Below, piece after piece: positions 11,890 through 22,249 of a DNA stretch of 64,000 nt; position 1 is the first letter of the stretch; each line of letters opens with the position of its first letter. Source of the DNA: an uncultured Planctomycetota bacterium (GTDB taxonomy: Bacteria > Planctomycetota > Planctomycetia > Isosphaerales > Isosphaeraceae); contig CAVTTN010000002.1 of the NCBI GenBank assembly GCA_963737655.1, positions 384,001 through 448,000 of the forward strand, in the 5' to 3' direction. Below the pieces are notes generated by a model, which was given only the letters and a program-made list of their open reading frames with translations, did not search any database and was not told where the DNA came from. The translations under genes and the position numbers were made by a program.

Positions 11890-12015
11890 CAAACGACGAT
11901 CCGGGGTAGGATGGGAAAGGGCAGACCTCCGCCCGATCCGTCCAACGAGTCTACGAAATCCCCGTCCGGCCGACCAGCGGCACGGACCGTCCGGCCCGGG
12001 AACGTCCTCCCGGAC

Positions 12016-12657
12016 TCAGGAGAAGGCTTCGACCCGAGCACTTTCCAGGGTCGCCGCCCGGAGGTCGCTGACCAGGTTGGCGTATCGCAGGAACAGCAGG
12101 ATCATGAGGATCCCGACCCCGAGCATCACCAGGCCGACCACCAGCGAAGCATCGGCCGGGACCAGGGGGGTGGCCACCGTCAACCCCACGTACAAGGAGA
12201 TCAAAACGATCGAGCCGACCAGCAGGCCCTGGGCCCGGTTCTTGAGCACGGTCGCACCCAGGAATTCGGCCCATTTCTTCAGAAACAGCACGAAGAGAAA
12301 CGAACCCGTCCCGGTCAGAACGTTGGAAATCTGCGACGAATAGGGAATCGGAACCACCAGGGCAAGCCACCCCAGCGCGGCCCCGGTGATCGTGAAGGCC
12401 ACGGAGGTGTAAATCACCCCGGCGACGTGGGACTTGTTCGGGACCGACAGGCAGAACAACTTGCCCACAATCTCCAGGCCCCCTCCGATGGCCGTCAGCC
12501 CCAGCAACGCATAGACGCCGAACGGATTCAATAGGCGAGGCGCCGCGAGCACCAGGACGACGGATGCGATGATCGCGAGCACCACGATCACCAGCCCGGA
12601 GTAGACGAGCTGGAGGCCCAGGGCCACCTTGGCCAACGGCGAGTTCGGTTTCTCCAC
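12016..12657 (-). CDS. Multi-pass membrane protein of unknown function
   Basis: About six hydrophobic segments. GTG start after GGAGGAG. Confidence 0.65.
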   Translation of the reverse strand: MEKPNSPLAKVALGLQLVYSGLVIVVLAIIASVVLVLAAPRLLNPFGVYALLGLTAIGGGLEIVGKLFCLSVPNKSHVAGVIYTSVAFTITGAALGWLALVVPIPYSSQISNVLTGTGSFLFVLFLKKWAEFLGATVLKNRAQGLLVGSIVLISLYVGLTVATPLVPADASLVVGLVMLGVGILMILLFLRYANLVSDLRAATLESARVEAFS

Positions 12658-12828
12658 GAAACTCCTCCCCGATCCGAAGTCTTGAGGCCCCAAGGCATTG
12701 TGAGCGTCTCATCAAACGCGGTTTTCGCGCCGCCGTCCACGAGAATCCGAGGTCCCAATCGAGAATTTGGCGATTCCCAGGCGAGTTGCACGCCTCGTCT
12801 TCACCGAATCCGTAACGCGTCTCCCCGC

Positions 12829-13458
12829 TCAGCGACCAGGCAGCGAGGCGGGATCAAATCCCTGGGGCGGCGGCTCCTTGCCTTCCAGAATCGCCTTTTT
12901 TCGCCGCTCGACCTCGGCGGCATCGCGGAGGAGCTTCGTCTGGCCTTCGGTCAGTTTTCCGGGGGGGTTCTCGACGATCCCCCCGCTCCTTGGAGCCGAT
13001 TTCGCGACAAATGCGATCAAGAGCCCAAGGCCGATGAGCAAAACGACCCCGTTTAACTGCACGCTCCGCTTGTGGAGGGCGTCGAACCGGGCCTTCCCCT
13101 CGGCCCCGGCGTCTCGGGCCGCGTTGATCTGCGGCGTCAGGGCGTTCCCGCAATACAGGGAGATCAGGGTCGCGACCAGGACGAAGCCCGCCTGAACGCC
13201 GATCGCCGGCCCCCGGAGCTCGGGGAACGCCATCGGGCCGCACACCAGCGCGGGCAAGGCGATGGCGCCGCACGTCGCCCCCCAGGTGTAGTATCGGGGG
13301 AACAGGGCCCGGACGAACTTCCCGCCCGCTTCGGGTCCAAGGACCCCAAAAATGATCGGAGCCACCCCGAACGAAAAGAACAAAACGCTCCCCACCCAGG
13401 CGGTCAGGGCGATTAAATAGACCGACTGGAAGACGATCAGCAGGGCCGGGGCGTTCAT
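12829..13458 (-). CDS. DUF4149 (TMEM205-like) membrane protein
   Basis: W.GS.LFFSF.VAP.IF, LFPRYY and RFDALHKRSV.LN motifs. Confidence 0.75.
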   Translation of the reverse strand: MNAPALLIVFQSVYLIALTAWVGSVLFFSFGVAPIIFGVLGPEAGGKFVRALFPRYYTWGATCGAIALPALVCGPMAFPELRGPAIGVQAGFVLVATLISLYCGNALTPQINAARDAGAEGKARFDALHKRSVQLNGVVLLIGLGLLIAFVAKSAPRSGGIVENPPGKLTEGQTKLLRDAAEVERRKKAILEGKEPPPQGFDPASLPGR

Positions 13459-13468
13459 TCGACGACCT

Positions 13469-14230
13469 CTACACTTTCGCCGGCCGAGGGGGCGCGAGCC
13501 CGGCCCCGAGGCCGCCGTCAATCCCCCAGATTTGCCCGGTGACCCAGCTTGACTCCGGGCCGAGCAGAAACGCCAGGACCGCCGCCACGTCGTCGGGCTG
13601 GCCGACCCTCCCGAGCGGGTGCATCGCCTCGCTGAACTCGCGGGACGCCTCGGAGCGGAGCAGGGGGGCGGCCATCGGAGTTTCGGTGAGGCCCGGGGCC
13701 ACGGCGTTGAACCGGATGCCCTGCCGAGCATAAGTGATCGCCGCCGACCGGACCAGCCCCTCGATCCCCGCCTTCGCCGCCGAGATCGTCTCGTGATTGT
13801 TCAACCCCTGGCCGGCCGCCACGCTGCTCACCAGGACGATCGACCCGGAATTCCGGCTCCTCATGGCCGACAGCGCCGCCCGGCTCGCCAGGAACGCGGA
13901 AGTCAAGTTCACGGTGAGGGTCTCGACGAATTCCTCGGGGGTCGTCAGGTGGAGCGCCTTCAAACGGATCGATCCCACGCAATGGGCGAGCCCGTCGAGC
14001 CTTCCGAATTTCGCCACCGCCTCGGCCACGGCCCGATCGAGGTCCTCGGCGCGGGTCGCGTCCCCCGGGATGGCGATCGCGAAATCGCCGATCTCGTCCG
14101 CAAGTTGTTGCAATGCCTCGCTGTTGCGTCCGAAGAGGACGACCGAATCCCCTCTCCGGCTCAAGATGCGGGCCAGGGCCGAGCCGATCCCGCCGGCCCC
14201 TCCGGTGATCAGAACGCAGCGACGATCCAT
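13469..14230 (-). CDS. Short-chain dehydrogenase/reductase
   Basis: TGGAGGIG, NAVAPG and WVTGQ..IDGG motifs. The catalytic YxxxK reads IxxxK. Confidence 0.9.
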   Translation of the reverse strand: MDRRCVLITGGAGGIGSALARILSRRGDSVVLFGRNSEALQQLADEIGDFAIAIPGDATRAEDLDRAVAEAVAKFGRLDGLAHCVGSIRLKALHLTTPEEFVETLTVNLTSAFLASRAALSAMRSRNSGSIVLVSSVAAGQGLNNHETISAAKAGIEGLVRSAAITYARQGIRFNAVAPGLTETPMAAPLLRSEASREFSEAMHPLGRVGQPDDVAAVLAFLLGPESSWVTGQIWGIDGGLGAGLAPPRPAKV

Positions 14231-14312
14231 CGACGAACCCCCCGGGGACGGCCGGCGGAAGGCCCTCCTCGGGGGGTTGTAGACGGCCGATTGAGGCGGT
14301 CAAGAGCCGGGT

Positions 14313-15851
14313 TCACTTCCCCCGCTTGTTCATCAGGAAACTCTCCATCACCTTGGGGTTCAAGGCTTTGGGCTTCGTCCCGCTCGGGGGCTCCTTCAAT
14401 TCCTTGGAGGAGACGAACGGGACGACTTCCTTCTCGGAGATCTTGATCCCCTTCCGACCGTCTTCCATCAGGACGATGGCGCCGATCGGGGCGGAAGTCG
14501 CGTCCTCGTAAACCGTTGCGTCATCCTTCGAGGCGCCGGACGGGGCGCCCGAGCCGTCGGTCGCCAGCGTCTTGCCCCGGATCGTGACCGGCGCGGGGTT
14601 GGCCCCTCCGGTCAGGGGAGGCGTGGGGAAATCCGACGGCGGAGGGACGGTCCTCGGCATTCCCGAAACGCTTTCAGGGATCACGGTTCCGGCCGGGATC
14701 GGGTCGAGCGGCACCTCTTGACCCTGGCGGTTGCGGACGGTGTGGGGCGAGTCGCCGGGCTTCGCGCCTCGGGGGGTTCGCGAGGCCGGCGGGGGGGGCG
14801 GCATGGCCGGATCGACGACGGGGCCTCGGCGACCGGCGGCGAACGCCTCCGAGGGATCGGCCGAACCCTTCGCCGGCTGGCCCGGGGCCGAGCCGTCGGG
14901 CCGGGTCGGGGGCTCGCCCAGGCCGTTGACCCAGGCCGAAAGCTGGCGGAATTCCGGGTTCGTCGGCCCTCCCAGGACGGGCTTGCCGCCCGCGCCGTGG
15001 GCCATCCCGGAGGCCATCAGCAGGGGGCTGCGTGCGAGGTCGCCCGGGTCCACCAGGGCGAGGGCCGCGTCGAGGTTCGTCCGGACGATCAGATCGTTGG
15101 CGTTGTCGCGCCGGGACTTCGTCTGGATCAGCTGGAAGTCCAGGTCCGCCTGCTCGTTATGGCACCGGGCACAGCGCCTCTGGAGGATGGGCTGGATCAC
15201 CTGGGCGAACTCGCCATAGCGGCGGACGGCCATCGCCGGGGCGAGGTCGAAGATCGTTGGGGGCCCGGACGGGCGAGGATTCTTGGCGAATTCTTCGCGC
15301 AGGCGATCGATCTTGAGCTCGGCCGGGGCGGCCTCCGGGACCTCGACCGACGCCCTTCGGATCGCCGAGTCCTTCTGGGACGGAGGGGCGTCCAGGCTGC
15401 CGAGCATGGCGCGGGCCCGGCGGTCGGTCGGGTTCATCTCGACGAGTGCCGCAAGATGTGTCCTGGCCTCGGGTTTCATGTCCCGTTCGAGACACCACAT
15501 GGCCAGCTTCATGCGCTCGTCGGGGTCATTCTCCGGGGTCAGCGCGAGCTTGTACTGGTAGACCTCCTCGACCGAGCGGAACGTCTTCTCGACGCTGGCC
15601 CGGGTGAAGTGCATCACCCCGACCTTGCCCTTGAGGACGTACCCGGTCGGATCGCGCAAGACCTCGCCCTGGAGGACCTTACCGTTGGTTAGCAGGAGCA
15701 CCGTCGGCCTGTCGTCCGACGCCGCGGGGACCGGGGCCGCGGCCGGGGGAACCCCCTCGGGGCCATCGGACGCCTTCGCCTCGGGCGAGGGCGGCGCGAC
15801 GAGGCCGAGCAGGACCATTCCGGCGGCGAGCGAGGGGATTTTGGGTGACAT
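14313..15851 (-). CDS. Secreted protein with a TPR-like LAxWC module and one CxxCH (possible c-type heme) motif
   Basis: Signal peptide, KLAMWCLE, CARCH and a Pro-rich tail. Confidence 0.65.
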   Translation of the reverse strand: MSPKIPSLAAGMVLLGLVAPPSPEAKASDGPEGVPPAAAPVPAASDDRPTVLLLTNGKVLQGEVLRDPTGYVLKGKVGVMHFTRASVEKTFRSVEEVYQYKLALTPENDPDERMKLAMWCLERDMKPEARTHLAALVEMNPTDRRARAMLGSLDAPPSQKDSAIRRASVEVPEAAPAELKIDRLREEFAKNPRPSGPPTIFDLAPAMAVRRYGEFAQVIQPILQRRCARCHNEQADLDFQLIQTKSRRDNANDLIVRTNLDAALALVDPGDLARSPLLMASGMAHGAGGKPVLGGPTNPEFRQLSAWVNGLGEPPTRPDGSAPGQPAKGSADPSEAFAAGRRGPVVDPAMPPPPPASRTPRGAKPGDSPHTVRNRQGQEVPLDPIPAGTVIPESVSGMPRTVPPPSDFPTPPLTGGANPAPVTIRGKTLATDGSGAPSGASKDDATVYEDATSAPIGAIVLMEDGRKGIKISEKEVVPFVSSKELKEPPSGTKPKALNPKVMESFLMNKRGK

Positions 15852-15933
15852 GGTGGCGGGACCTTAGCCCCGCCTCTAAAATCCGTCAATGCGGGATGCG
15901 CCGAGAACGACCCCTACGGCCCCCCTCGCGCCC

Positions 15934-16215
15934 ATGCCCGAACCCGATAGCCTGCTCGATCCCCTGTTCGGCCAGATCGTCGTGCTCGACCTGCAATCGC
16001 CCTATGTCTGTATCGGGACGCTGGTTGCGGCCGACTCGCTGTATTTCAAGGTGCTCGACGCCGACTTCCACGACTTCCGCGACAGCGCCGCCACCCGGGA
16101 GATCTACGTGTACGACTCGGTCCGCCTGGGAATCCGCCGGAACCGCACCGAGGTGCTCGTCCGGCGGTCGGAGGTCGTCGCCATCACGCGATTTTCGTCC
16201 ATCTCCGAGTCCTGA
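15934..16215 (+). CDS. Small hypothetical protein, possibly Sm/LSm-like fold
   Basis: LFGQIVVLDL....IGTLVAAD..F.V.DA and a C-terminal VLVRRSEVVAIT. Confidence 0.55.
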   Translation: MPEPDSLLDPLFGQIVVLDLQSPYVCIGTLVAADSLYFKVLDADFHDFRDSAATREIYVYDSVRLGIRRNRTEVLVRRSEVVAITRFSSISES

Positions 16216-16523
16216 GCGGAGCGGAAACGAGGATCTCGGCGTGCGCACAGGGAGGTCTCAAGGGGCGGATTCCCGACACGGGCACCGAACCAAGCACCAA
16301 GCCGACGAAATCGCATCATCGCGTTTCCTTTCCATCTATCTTCTTACCCTTCGAGACCTTTGAGCGAACCGGAGGTTGCGGGTCCTGGGGCCTTTCGAAA
16401 GAACGGCACGGCCCGTGCGAAGACATTCCGCGAACCCGGGACCCGATCCCCTCGTAAGATCGAAGGTTGAGACGATCCGGGCCGAAGCTTCGGCCCGGCA
16501 TCGAACCGAAGAGGATCCCTCCG

Positions 16524-17456
16524 ATGCGCTCGCTCCGACGCCTTCCCGGCCTTTCGCTGGTCCTCCTGATCGGGGCGACGTCCGCCCTGGCCTCGGAGGT
16601 CCGCGACGGCGCCAACCTCTTCTCCCCCAAGGCGATCCGTCAAGCGCAGGCCACGCTGAACGAGATCGAGACGCGCTACCGGGTCCCGGTCGTCATCGAG
16701 ACGATCGACACCCTGGGCGGCCGTTCCCTGGTGACCGTCGCCAAGGAGCACGCCGCAAGGTCCGGCTCGGCCCAGGTTTACGTCTTGATCCCCAAACTGG
16801 AGCACAAGGTCAAGGTCCTGGAACGCAATCACGTCCTCGGCGCGAACGGCGTCGGCGCGGTGGAGGCGGTCTTCGTCGATCACTTCAAGCAGGCCGACTT
16901 CGACGGCGGCCTGATCGGCGGCGCCAAGGCGATCGGCGGGGATGTCGCGTTGGCCCGGGCCTCGGCGCCCAAAACCCAGAAGGGACCGGGAGTTCCGGCC
17001 GCGCGAGGCTCGGGCGGACTCGGGATCTTGCTGGTGATCGGGGCCGTGATCCTCGGCGTGCTGATCCTGATGAGGGTCCTGGGAGGCGCGATGGGCGGAG
17101 GTCGGGGCGGATACGGCGGAGCTCCCGGCTACGGAGGAGGTTACGGCGGGGGCGGAGGCGGGTTCTTCTCCAGCCTCCTCGGCGGGATCGGCGGGGCCAT
17201 GGCCGGCAACTGGCTCTACGACCAGATGGGGGGCCGCCACCGAGGCTATTCCCAGGGCGACACGACCAACCCGGAGCCCGGCGCCACCCAGGGCGGAGAC
17301 TGGGGGAACGGCGGTGACGGCGGCTGGTCGGGCGGCGATACCGGCGGCGGAGACTGGGGAGGCGGCACGGACGTGAGAGGCGGCGGAGACTGGGGAGGCG
17401 GCGGGGGCGGCGACTGGGGCGGTGGCGGAGGAGGCGGCGGGGGCGACTGGAGTTAA
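16524..17456 (+). CDS. TPM-domain protein with a TM helix and a Gly-rich GGGDW tail
   Basis: Signal peptide, VRDGANLFS, F....FDGGL, a TM segment and GDWGG repeats. Confidence 0.75.
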   Translation: MRSLRRLPGLSLVLLIGATSALASEVRDGANLFSPKAIRQAQATLNEIETRYRVPVVIETIDTLGGRSLVTVAKEHAARSGSAQVYVLIPKLEHKVKVLERNHVLGANGVGAVEAVFVDHFKQADFDGGLIGGAKAIGGDVALARASAPKTQKGPGVPAARGSGGLGILLVIGAVILGVLILMRVLGGAMGGGRGGYGGAPGYGGGYGGGGGGFFSSLLGGIGGAMAGNWLYDQMGGRHRGYSQGDTTNPEPGATQGGDWGNGGDGGWSGGDTGGGDWGGGTDVRGGGDWGGGGGGDWGGGGGGGGGDWS

Positions 17457-17461
17457 CTGAC

Positions 17462-17610
17462 GTAGGGTGCATGCAATGCACCATCCTCAGGGCGGCCCAG
17501 GGCCGCCGACCGCTTCTTCCCATCCGCCAGGCCCTGGTGAAGGACCGGGGAAGAGGAGGAGGCAGACGGCCTTCGGCCGTCGCGGGGTTGGTGCATTGCA
17601 TGCACCCGAC
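17462..17610. repeat. GTAG-type REP doublet, family C
   Basis: GTAGGGTGCATGCAATGCACC ... GGTGCATTGCATGCACCCGAC. Confidence 0.85.
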
Positions 17611-18041
17611 AAGCTTGTCGGCACTTGAATAGACTCTTCTTCGTGGACGTATTCGCGGGGCTCGGCGAGTCCGTCGATTCGGCCGCTTTTCGGCCTTTTT
17701 CCCCGCGACGCCTGGATTTCGCAAAGACAAATCTGGCAGGGACTTCGGCGGATTTTTCGAAAATGTTCCCATATGCGGTGCGATGTGTGCGCACGAGCGA
17801 CTGGCACGCGGAAAGGGCTTGTTTTTCAGGCATTTTCGACGATTTCGGGCGAAAAGTGTCGTCAAGTTCGTCGGCATCGAGGAATTGACGCGCTCGAGTT
17901 GCATCAGATCCGCAGTTTCGAACAGATTTGCACGCTGATCCGGCCATCGGCACGGCTAACCTGGCCCGCCGCGATTGCTTGACCGATCCAGAGGCCCCGG
18001 ACCGCCCGGATTCGCGCGGGCCGGGGTCGTCCTCCCTGGCT

Positions 18042-18695
18042 TCACTTGAGTTCCTGGATTTTCACGTTCTTGTACCAGCAATCCTGGCCGTGGTCCTGGA
18101 AGCCGAGGTAGCCGGGGCGGTCGAACTCGGCCATGACCTTGCCGAACTTGTGGGTCGAGCCGTCGGGTCGCTTGCCGGGCTCGGTGAACTTGGAGAGGTC
18201 GATGGCGGAGACCTCCTGGCCGTTGAGGGTCACGGCGATCTTCGGCCCCTGGGCGCGGATGGTCATGTGGTTCCACTCGCCCGCGGGCTTCTGGGCGTTG
18301 GCCTTCGCGGCGGCGAGGTCGTAGAACGCGCCGGGGTCGTGGAAGCCGGTCCCGGTGGTGTCGTCGATGGCGATCTCCAGGCCGGTGTAGACCGGGTCCT
18401 TCGGGTCGGCCACGCGGACGAACACGCCGGAATTGCAGCCCTTGGCGATCTTGTAGTCGAAGTCCAGCACGAAATCCTTGAATTTCTTGTCATACATGAC
18501 GATATAACCGCCCGATCCGTGGGGGTTCAGGCCGTCCTCCTGGACGTTGGCCCTGGGCAGGTCGCCGCCGGTGTTGATCTTCCAGCCCGAGGCGGCCTTG
18601 CCGTCGAACAGGACGGTCCATTCCTCGGCGGACGCGAAGGCCAGGGCGGCCGAGAAGGTGGCGGCCAGGGCGATCGGGACGATTCGGCGATTCAT
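18042..18695 (-). CDS. DUF1080 (3-keto-disaccharide hydrolase-like) secreted protein
   Basis: Signal peptide, W..LFDG, NSGVF.R, GEWN and GYLGFQDHG...YKN.KI motifs. Confidence 0.85.
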   Translation of the reverse strand: MNRRIVPIALAATFSAALAFASAEEWTVLFDGKAASGWKINTGGDLPRANVQEDGLNPHGSGGYIVMYDKKFKDFVLDFDYKIAKGCNSGVFVRVADPKDPVYTGLEIAIDDTTGTGFHDPGAFYDLAAAKANAQKPAGEWNHMTIRAQGPKIAVTLNGQEVSAIDLSKFTEPGKRPDGSTHKFGKVMAEFDRPGYLGFQDHGQDCWYKNVKIQELK

Positions 18696-18980
18696 GGCGC
18701 GGTTCTCCCTTCGAGAGAGGTGGGGACGAGGGACGATCCGCCGCCACCATAGCAAGTCGGCCCCTCGCGAGACAGAATCGACCCCCTTCGTTCCATTGAG
18801 ATGAAGGGACTTGTCCGCAGAGGACGCAGAGGACGCGGATGAAGAATTGTGATTTTTAATAGATTTAATAATACTAAAACTAGTTAATTCTTCATGGAAT
18901 ACGACCCCGCTTGCCTTCGGAGGCCCGGTCTGGTAGGGATGAATTCGCGACTGCCCGAGCCTCGGACGAGACCTGGACCG

Positions 18981-20096
18981 ATGCCCGACCGCCATGCCGA
19001 CCGCCGGGAGGCCCTGCGTCGCCTCCTCGTTGACGAGCCGGGCGAGGGCGGGGTTCGGGCCGACGCGATGCTGGTCGGGGCCGGGGCGAACGTCCGGTAC
19101 CTGACGGGATTCACGGGGGATAGCTCGGCGCTGATCGTCTCGGCGGATCGCGCGGTGATCGTGTCGGACTTCCGCTATGCCCAGCAGATCGAGGAAGAAT
19201 GCCCCGGCCTGGAGGCCCGGATCCGCCCGGTCGAGCAGACGCTCACCCGGGCCGTGGCCGAGGCGATCAGCCTCCTGGCCCCGTCCTCGATCGCCTTCGA
19301 GGCGAATTGCCTGACCGTCGCCGATTATCAGGCGATCCGGGACGCGGCGACGGGGGTGGAGTTCCAGCCGGCGTTCTCCCGGGTCGAGTCGCTCCGGGCG
19401 ATCAAGGACGACGCGGAGGTCGAGGCGATCCGGCGGTCGATCGCGGCGGCCGAGCGGGCGTTCCGGGCGTTTCGCGAGGCGCTCCGGCCGGAGCTGACCG
19501 AGCTGGATGCGATCGACCTGCTCGAATCGTCGCTCAGGCAGGCGGGTTCGGAGTGCCCGGCGTTCGCCCCGATCGTGGCCGGGGGTCCGAGGGCGGCGCT
19601 TCCCCACGCCCGGCCGTCGGACGACGGGGAACTCGGTTCAAATGAGCTGATTTTGATCGACTGGGGCGGGACGGTGGGCGGGTATCGAAGCGACTTGACG
19701 CGGACGCTGGCCGTCGGTATGGTCGGGCCTCGTTTCGAGACCGTGTTCCGGGCCGTTCTGGAGGCGCAGGGGGCGGGGATCGCCGCGATCCGCCCGGGGG
19801 CGACAGGCCGGGACGTGGATGCCGCGGCCCGGTCGGTCCTGGAGGCCGCCGGCTTCGGCAAGGCGTTCGGGCATGGATTGGGCCACGGCCTCGGGCTGGA
19901 CATCCACGAGATGCCCCGGCTCCGGCCCGGGTCCGACGACGTGCTCCGCCCCGGGATGGTCGTGACCGTCGAGCCCGGGGTATACCTCCCCGGGTGGGGC
20001 GGGGTGCGGATCGAGGATGACGTCCTGGTCACGGCCGACGGCCCTCTCGTCCTGACTTCCTTGCCCAGACCGATCGAAGCCCTCTGGTCCGACTGA
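18981..20096 (+). CDS. M24B Xaa-Pro aminopeptidase
   Basis: [39 protein letters not shown] and RIEDD motifs. Confidence 0.92.
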   Translation: MPDRHADRREALRRLLVDEPGEGGVRADAMLVGAGANVRYLTGFTGDSSALIVSADRAVIVSDFRYAQQIEEECPGLEARIRPVEQTLTRAVAEAISLLAPSSIAFEANCLTVADYQAIRDAATGVEFQPAFSRVESLRAIKDDAEVEAIRRSIAAAERAFRAFREALRPELTELDAIDLLESSLRQAGSECPAFAPIVAGGPRAALPHARPSDDGELGSNELILIDWGGTVGGYRSDLTRTLAVGMVGPRFETVFRAVLEAQGAGIAAIRPGATGRDVDAAARSVLEAAGFGKAFGHGLGHGLGLDIHEMPRLRPGSDDVLRPGMVVTVEPGVYLPGWGGVRIEDDVLVTADGPLVLTSLPRPIEALWSD

Positions 20097-20134
20097 CGAC
20101 ACCCCATCGCGGCGATTCCGCGGAGCATCCAGGC

Positions 20135-20623
20135 ATGTCGGAAGAGCCGAGCGAGACAGCCGAGGTTCGCACGATCCGCCAGCTCGTCCGGCTGATGCAG
20201 AAGTACGACCTGACGGCGATCGATTTGGGCGAAGGCGCGAACAAGATCCGCCTGAGGCGCCGGGGGGCCGAGCTTGTGCCGATGGTCCCGGCCGGGCCGA
20301 GCGTGCCGTCGGCGGCGGCCCCGCCCCGGTTCGAGGCCGGTCCGCCGCCGCCCTCGGCCCCGCCCACGGCGGCCACCCCGGCCGGGGTGTTCATCGAAAG
20401 CCCGATGGTCGGCACGTTCTACGCCTCGGGCTCGCCGGATTCCCCGCCGTTTGTCTCCGTCGGCTCGGCGATCCGAGCCGACTCGACGGTCTGCGTGATC
20501 GAGGCCATGAAGGTCTTCACCGACATCCCCGCCGGGATCGCCGGGACCGTCGCCGAGTGCCTCGTCAAGAACGGCCAGCCCGTCGAATTCGGCCAGCCCC
20601 TGTTCCGGGTCGATCCCGCCTAA
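20135..20623 (+). CDS. accB: Acetyl-CoA carboxylase biotin carboxyl carrier protein
   Basis: [12 protein letters not shown] and VEFGQPLF motifs. Confidence 0.95.
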   Translation: MSEEPSETAEVRTIRQLVRLMQKYDLTAIDLGEGANKIRLRRRGAELVPMVPAGPSVPSAAAPPRFEAGPPPPSAPPTAATPAGVFIESPMVGTFYASGSPDSPPFVSVGSAIRADSTVCVIEAMKVFTDIPAGIAGTVAECLVKNGQPVEFGQPLFRVDPA

Positions 20624-20654
20624 CGTCGATCCCGAGCGCCCAACGGAGGAGAGA

Positions 20655-20751
20655 CGGAGTGCGGAGTGCGGAGTGCGGAGTGCGGAGTGAAGACTCGGAC
20701 GATCGGTCGGTCTCGTCTTCACTCCGCACTCCGCACTCCGCACTCAGCACT
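20655..20751. repeat. Inverted heptamer tandem arrays (CGGAGTG x5 / CACTCCG x3-4) between accB and accC
   Basis: Read directly. The arms close with AAGAC/GTCTT. Confidence 0.85.
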
Positions 20752-20764
20752 TCCGCGACCAGCG

Positions 20765-22120
20765 ATGTTCAAACGGATTCTCGTGGCCAACCGCGGAGAG
20801 ATCGCCCTCCGGGTGATCCGGGCGTGCAAGGAGCTGGGCGTCGAGGTCGTCGCCGTCTTCTCCGAGGCCGACCGGGGCGCGCCGTATCTCGAAATGGCCG
20901 ACCGCGCCATCTGCATCGGCAAGGCGCCGGGGGCGGACAGCTATTTGAACGTCCCCCGGATCATCGCCGCGGCCGAGGTGGCCGACGTCCAGGCGATCCA
21001 TCCCGGGTACGGGTTCCTCAGCGAGAACCCGCACTTCGCCGAGGTCTGCCGGACGTGTAATTTCGAGTTCATCGGCCCTCCTCACGAGGCCATCCGCAAG
21101 ATGGGCCTGAAGACCGAGGCCAAGGCCGTCGCCAACGCGGCGAAGGTGCCGGTCGTCCCCGGCTCCGACGGCCCGGTCACCTCGGACGCCGAGGCCGCGA
21201 GGATCGCCCGGGAGATCGGCTATCCCGTCCTGATCAAGGCGGCGGCCGGCGGCGGCGGCAAGGGGATGCGCGTCTGCCGGGAGGAGTCGAGCCTCCTCTC
21301 CTCGCTCCAGTCCGCCAAGAACGAGGCCGAGGCCGCGTTCCGCGACGGCAGCGTGTACCTGGAGAAGTTCATCGACCGCCCCCGTCACGTCGAGGTCCAG
21401 CTCCTGGCCGACTCGTTCGGCAATTGCGTCCACCTCTGGGAACGCGATTGCTCGTTGCAACGGCGGCATCAGAAGCTCGTCGAGGAATCGCCGAGCCCGA
21501 ACCTGCCGGACCGCGTCCGCCGGAAGCTTTGCGACGCGGCGGTTCGCCTGGCGAGGCAGGCCGGCTACGTGAACGCGGGGACGTGCGAATTCCTGGTCGA
21601 TTCGGACCAGAATTTCTACTTCATCGAGGTCAACGCCCGGATCCAGGTCGAGCATCCGGTCACGGAGCTCGTCACGGGGATCGACCTGATCAAGTGGCAG
21701 ATCCGCATCGCGGCGGGGCAGCCGTTGACGCTGAAGCAGTCGGACATCGTCCAGACCGGCCACTCGTTCGAGTGCCGGATCAACTGCGAGGACCCCGACC
21801 ACAACTTCCGCCCGAGCCCGGGGAAGATCACGGGCCTCCGCATCCCGGGCGGGTACGGAGTTCGGTGGGATTCTCACGTGAGGGTGGGCTACACGGTCCC
21901 GCCGAACTACGATTCGATGGTCGGCAAGCTCCTGGTCCACGCCCCGACCCGGGCCGAGGCGATGGCCGTGATGCGCCGGGCCCTGGACGAGCTCCAGGTC
22001 GAGGGCATCCAATCGACGATCCCGCTCCACCGCCGGATCTTCCAGAACCCGGATTTTTCGGAGGGGCGCGTCGATACCACGTGGGTGGAGCGGGTCTTGC
22101 TGCCCTCGAAGACCCCGTAG
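20765..22120 (+). CDS. accC: Biotin carboxylase
   Basis: [36 protein letters not shown] and [10 protein letters not shown] motifs. Confidence 0.97.
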   Translation: MFKRILVANRGEIALRVIRACKELGVEVVAVFSEADRGAPYLEMADRAICIGKAPGADSYLNVPRIIAAAEVADVQAIHPGYGFLSENPHFAEVCRTCNFEFIGPPHEAIRKMGLKTEAKAVANAAKVPVVPGSDGPVTSDAEAARIAREIGYPVLIKAAAGGGGKGMRVCREESSLLSSLQSAKNEAEAAFRDGSVYLEKFIDRPRHVEVQLLADSFGNCVHLWERDCSLQRRHQKLVEESPSPNLPDRVRRKLCDAAVRLARQAGYVNAGTCEFLVDSDQNFYFIEVNARIQVEHPVTELVTGIDLIKWQIRIAAGQPLTLKQSDIVQTGHSFECRINCEDPDHNFRPSPGKITGLRIPGGYGVRWDSHVRVGYTVPPNYDSMVGKLLVHAPTRAEAMAVMRRALDELQVEGIQSTIPLHRRIFQNPDFSEGRVDTTWVERVLLPSKTP

Positions 22121-22249
22121 GGTGCATGAGATGCACCAACATTGCGGCGGCCAGGGGCCGCCCACCTTGCCTCTTTTCCCGATCGCCGGGGAGAAACGTG
22201 GTGGGCGGCCCCTGGCCGCCGCGAGTTGGGTGCATGTCATGCACCCGAC
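22117..22249. repeat. REP doublet, family C, overlapping the stops of two convergent genes
   Basis: GTAGGGTGCATGAGATGCACC ... GGTGCATGTCATGCACCCGAC. Confidence 0.85.

Noticed and set aside
17290..17456. GGCGGCGGAGACTGGGG tandem repeats
   Set aside because: They are explained by the coding GGGDW low-complexity tail of the TPM protein.
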